From: Psammoneis japonica
Taxonomy: Eukaryota
Assembly (NCBI GenBank): GCA_008632985.1
Contig: QPGO01000147.1
Coordinates: forward strand, 1-64,000
Direction: 5' to 3'
DNA length: 64,000 nucleotides
The position numbers and the translations under genes are program-made. Every line of letters starts with the position of its first letter. Within the stretch, counting starts at the first letter, position 1. Shown one piece after another: positions 60,501 through 64,000 of the stretch. The notes beneath the pieces are model-generated. The model saw only the letters and a program-made list of their open reading frames with translations, searched no databases and was not told the DNA's origin.

Positions 60501-63500
60501 TGTTTTCTATCAATATTCTAAATGGAGCACTACTTGTTGACGGGGTTCCACCGGGGACGCTCCCCGCTTCCGTAGTCGAAGATTCGCTCTATCGGCGAAC
60601 ATTTGGTGAACGGAACTTTAAAATGGTTGCTTTGGGGCCCAGGCGCTATCGAGCGGCTCGCGCTGTGGATGACCGTTTTCTTTATGAGTTCTTGATTGAC
60701 TCAAGAAATATTGCACGTAATGGAACAGGACATATTAAGTGACGAGAAGTTGCTTCTTTTAAGGAGAGAATCAATTGCACTCCCAAAGCTTCTCCGGCAA
60801 TGTCACAGCCACTGGCTTTCTAAGGAACAGGGTAATAGTACGGAAGCCATCGATTCAAAGTCGAGATGTACATTATGTCATGACAGAAGGTGCAACATAT
60901 TCAATTCCGCCAAAATGCAGAATGCTATCTCTTCAGAAGATCTCCGAAAGCCTTCTGGACTGTGACCGTCTTGCTGTGGGCGATGCTCTACTCTTTTGGA
61001 CTCATTGAGTTGGTTTGAATATTCTGCCTATATATCCACATCTTTGTTGATCCGGCCACATCGTCCATGAGATACTCACTTCCCCGCTTCAGACTCTCGT
61101 TTTTGCTAATGCAACAATGTGTGTGCTCACTTGAATTCTACGGTTTTCGGTTGAACGACAGACTTGCAATAGAAGGCACACTTCGATTTGGAACTGCCAT
61201 AGTTTATCGCACCCCGACGGACGAGAGAAGGTGTTGATTCCCGATGGTCTTGTGCAGACTCGAAGCGAGGTTATCACACCCGAAAACTGGGATGCAACAC
61301 TCAGTTACCACATCTACGACGTTCACCATCGATTTCGTCATCTGATTGCGGGGACGAAGGTTGGTCGGCTTCAGCTAGCAAGCCTGTATTCTTCTCTTGG
61401 CTGTGCCTTCGCAGATAGAAGAATGGAGAAACCGGCGTTTGTGACTGCATGTGAAATTGCCAGGCAATCATTGAAGAACAAACCACTTGCAGATGCCGAG
61501 ACATTGAAGTTGATCGAGCTGTCTAAACATTCGAATCTGTGTTGTACGCTTAGGCTACTCTGCACCTGGCTTTGGATGAGCTCAGATTCACTTGCATTCT
61601 TGTATGAACAGGAATGAGCTGCGCGGCACCCAGAACTGGAATTTGATTTGCTGGCAAAGGATGAGTATCGACGGAATATCTACGCAAATCGTCTATTGCC
61701 TTCTGAAGAAGCCTCGCTACTCGAGACGCGACAGCCAGAAGGACTGACCGTTCCGTTTGCCAATGCAGCAGAATCTGTAACCATCGCCTTCGTTCTTGAA
61801 ATCGAAGGTAAGCTCCGGCACAAAATCGTTGTTCAAGCACCGTCTGGCATACCCCGACGTTTTCCCTTGGAGCGGCCTTCAAGTTGCGAAGGCCTTGAGC
61901 TTCAAGTATATGATGAGCTAGAAGAGAGCTACACACGGCATTGTGATTTGCCTAAACGTGAAATTAGACAATTCGATCGTGCTTTCGTGCGCAAAGCATT
62001 GATTAGAGTCCGGAGTCGGAGAGAAAAACTCGAATCATTGCTGCTTATAAAGCTCTGTGAACGAGATCGGTCGTCGGATTTTCGCATGTCTATTGCGTCC
62101 GCAAGCATCGAGGCCCCAAATTCTATGGACATGCTTCGGATCGTAAGCAGTGGTTGAATGGCAGAAAATTCATTCGCGCTTTATGGATAAAGGTGACACC
62201 TCTGTGTTCTGGAGGACAAGCTACATCGCGTCCTTGGGATCGCCTTTGACGAGGACTCGCATGCTGTGCTACAAGAGATCGATGCTGTCCGCGAGGGGCG
62301 AGGGGTCTCCAGTTTCGCACCCCAGATGGCTTGCATTCGAGGTAGAGCAAAACCTGCAGAATCGGCCGAGTCAGTACTCTATCGTACGCCAGCTCCTGAA
62401 GAATCCAAACAGTGTGATTCAATTGAACATGGGTCTTGGTAGGTCAATCTCAGGAGCCCGAGATTTGCGACTAGTATGAGTTAGTCTGTCTTACCCATCG
62501 CCTTTTGTCGCTTCGTAGGCAAGACACGTGTCATCGTTCCAATGCTGATCCTGGAGTACATGTCTTCAACGCGCATCAGCCGTCTGAATATGCTTCCTTC
62601 CATTGTCGATGAAGCTATGGAGTACTACCGAACATTTCACGTCGCATCAGTGCAACGCATCAAGCTGTTCGCTTTGCCCTTTGATCGTGATATTCCTTTA
62701 GATGATGTGATTGCCGGCCAGCTGACTGACGAGATCCTAAAGCAGAGAAACTCTCTTCTACTGAAGCGATATGATCAAGACGTGTTCGTACAGGGCTTGA
62801 ACGAAAGCTTCGTTGACATACTCGACGAAAGTGACTCCATTCTAAGCCATGATTTCCAACTCGTATACGCGCTCAGGGGCTCAGGTGCCGCTTCCGGCCG
62901 AGCCGTTGGCAGGTTGTGCAAGCTCTCCTTACTGTCTTGGCTCGACGTGAGAGCAAGGAGCTTCGCACGATATTGCAAGACTGCGAACGGGTGCACACTG
63001 AGCGAAGTAAGCGTGGTTCGTTTCCCAAGATTCGTCTACTGTTGATTTTTCGAGGGCACGAGCGTGAGTTAAGAGCTGCTGTTGCTAAACAGCTTGTAGC
63101 TCGTCCACCCCATAAACTTCGCTGGATGAAGGAAGTGCCGACTAAAGAAGTGGATGTCCTTGTCCGCATGCTAACGGAACCTAACTTCGAACACTGTGTG
63201 GAGGTGGTTTAGTCAAGCCCCCTATTCAAAGAATACGAAAGCCATATAATTGCAGCTCGAGGCTTCATTGCCTATGGTTTGATGTTTCACGGGCTCGAGG
63301 CAAGGTATCGCGTGACGTATGGCTTGACAGAATCTATCTGAGTGCTTCGTGTACTTTTGATGAGAGTCGATGCCGAGGATCGAACATGAGACTCCGGATG
63401 GATGCGGTTGCGATGGTAACAATTGAACCAAAGCAAACCAAGGACAAGTTCTTCCAAGGTTGTGCTCGCTTGAGGCAGCTGCGCCCCGACGGGCAGTCTC

Positions 63501-64000
63501 TAGTTCTCGCTGGTACATAGCAGGATGTTTCAGCCCAGACAACAACAAAACGAGTGCTCAAGGCTATTTTGCATCGCACAGCAGTAATTACGCTGGCCGA
63601 TTTCTTTCGCAGCAAAGTGGACAGCATTGCCGTAATCGAATTGTCCCTTGCTAATCTGTTCTGCACTCCGAACTTCTTGAGGACTATCCAGGTTTTTGAG
63701 TCAGCCGCGGATTTGTCTCTGTACCTCCGCCCACTTAACGCTGTACTTCTGGCGCCTCAAGATCGACTCGTCTTGCTTTCGGCATATGAACTGGATATGA
63801 GCTACTGTCTTTTTGGTGGAACGCAAAGACAAAGTCGAACGCGACGCTTCAGCATCTTTTCACGCTTGCTTCCAAGTAATGCTTGGGCTGGGACCAGGCC
63901 AAGACAACTGATGAAAAAATGGCCCTCGCGAAACTATTTCGAGGGCACGTGCAGTTGACTGAAAGGAACAAGAGACACTTGGCAAGGCATTGCGCAATGC
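57579..64000 (+). pseudogene. Giant DUF3638/DUF3645-family protein pseudogene (runs off the window)
   Basis: HPRWLAFEVEQNLQNRPSQ...QLNMGLG|KTRVIVPML (intron 62440-62518), DILDESD, FSINILNGALLVDGVPPGTLP and GRLQLASLY. Many frameshifts and stops. Confidence 0.82.

Overview
Eukaryotic nuclear DNA, most likely a diatom or related stramenopile (inferred from short GT-AG introns, PT-repeat and DUF285 surface proteins, PhoX, VTC4 and signal peptides). The window mixes three kinds of sequence. (i) Intact genes: a 4Fe-4S ferredoxin-domain protein, a secreted PhoX, F-box proteins, a J-domain protein, two secreted Cys-rich proteins, VTC4, a DUF285 protein and an IQ-repeat ORF. (ii) Many pseudogenes: SET methyltransferase, ABC transporter, MYST Tudor-knot, kinesin, P-type ATPase and DUF3638. 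(iii) Four repeat-rich domains of 3-6 kb (about 3.2-8.5, 19.4-25.6, 28.2-31.5 and 51.6-57.0 kb) that have lost CpG and also nearly all TpA outside YTAR contexts. Duplicated sequences within the window point to A>G substitution at RTA motifs (TpA>TpG/CpA), concentrated next to the domains. This domain-targeted adenine hypermutation runs opposite to fungal RIP and is the best candidate for an undescribed system. All counts and alignments were done by eye and no database search was run.
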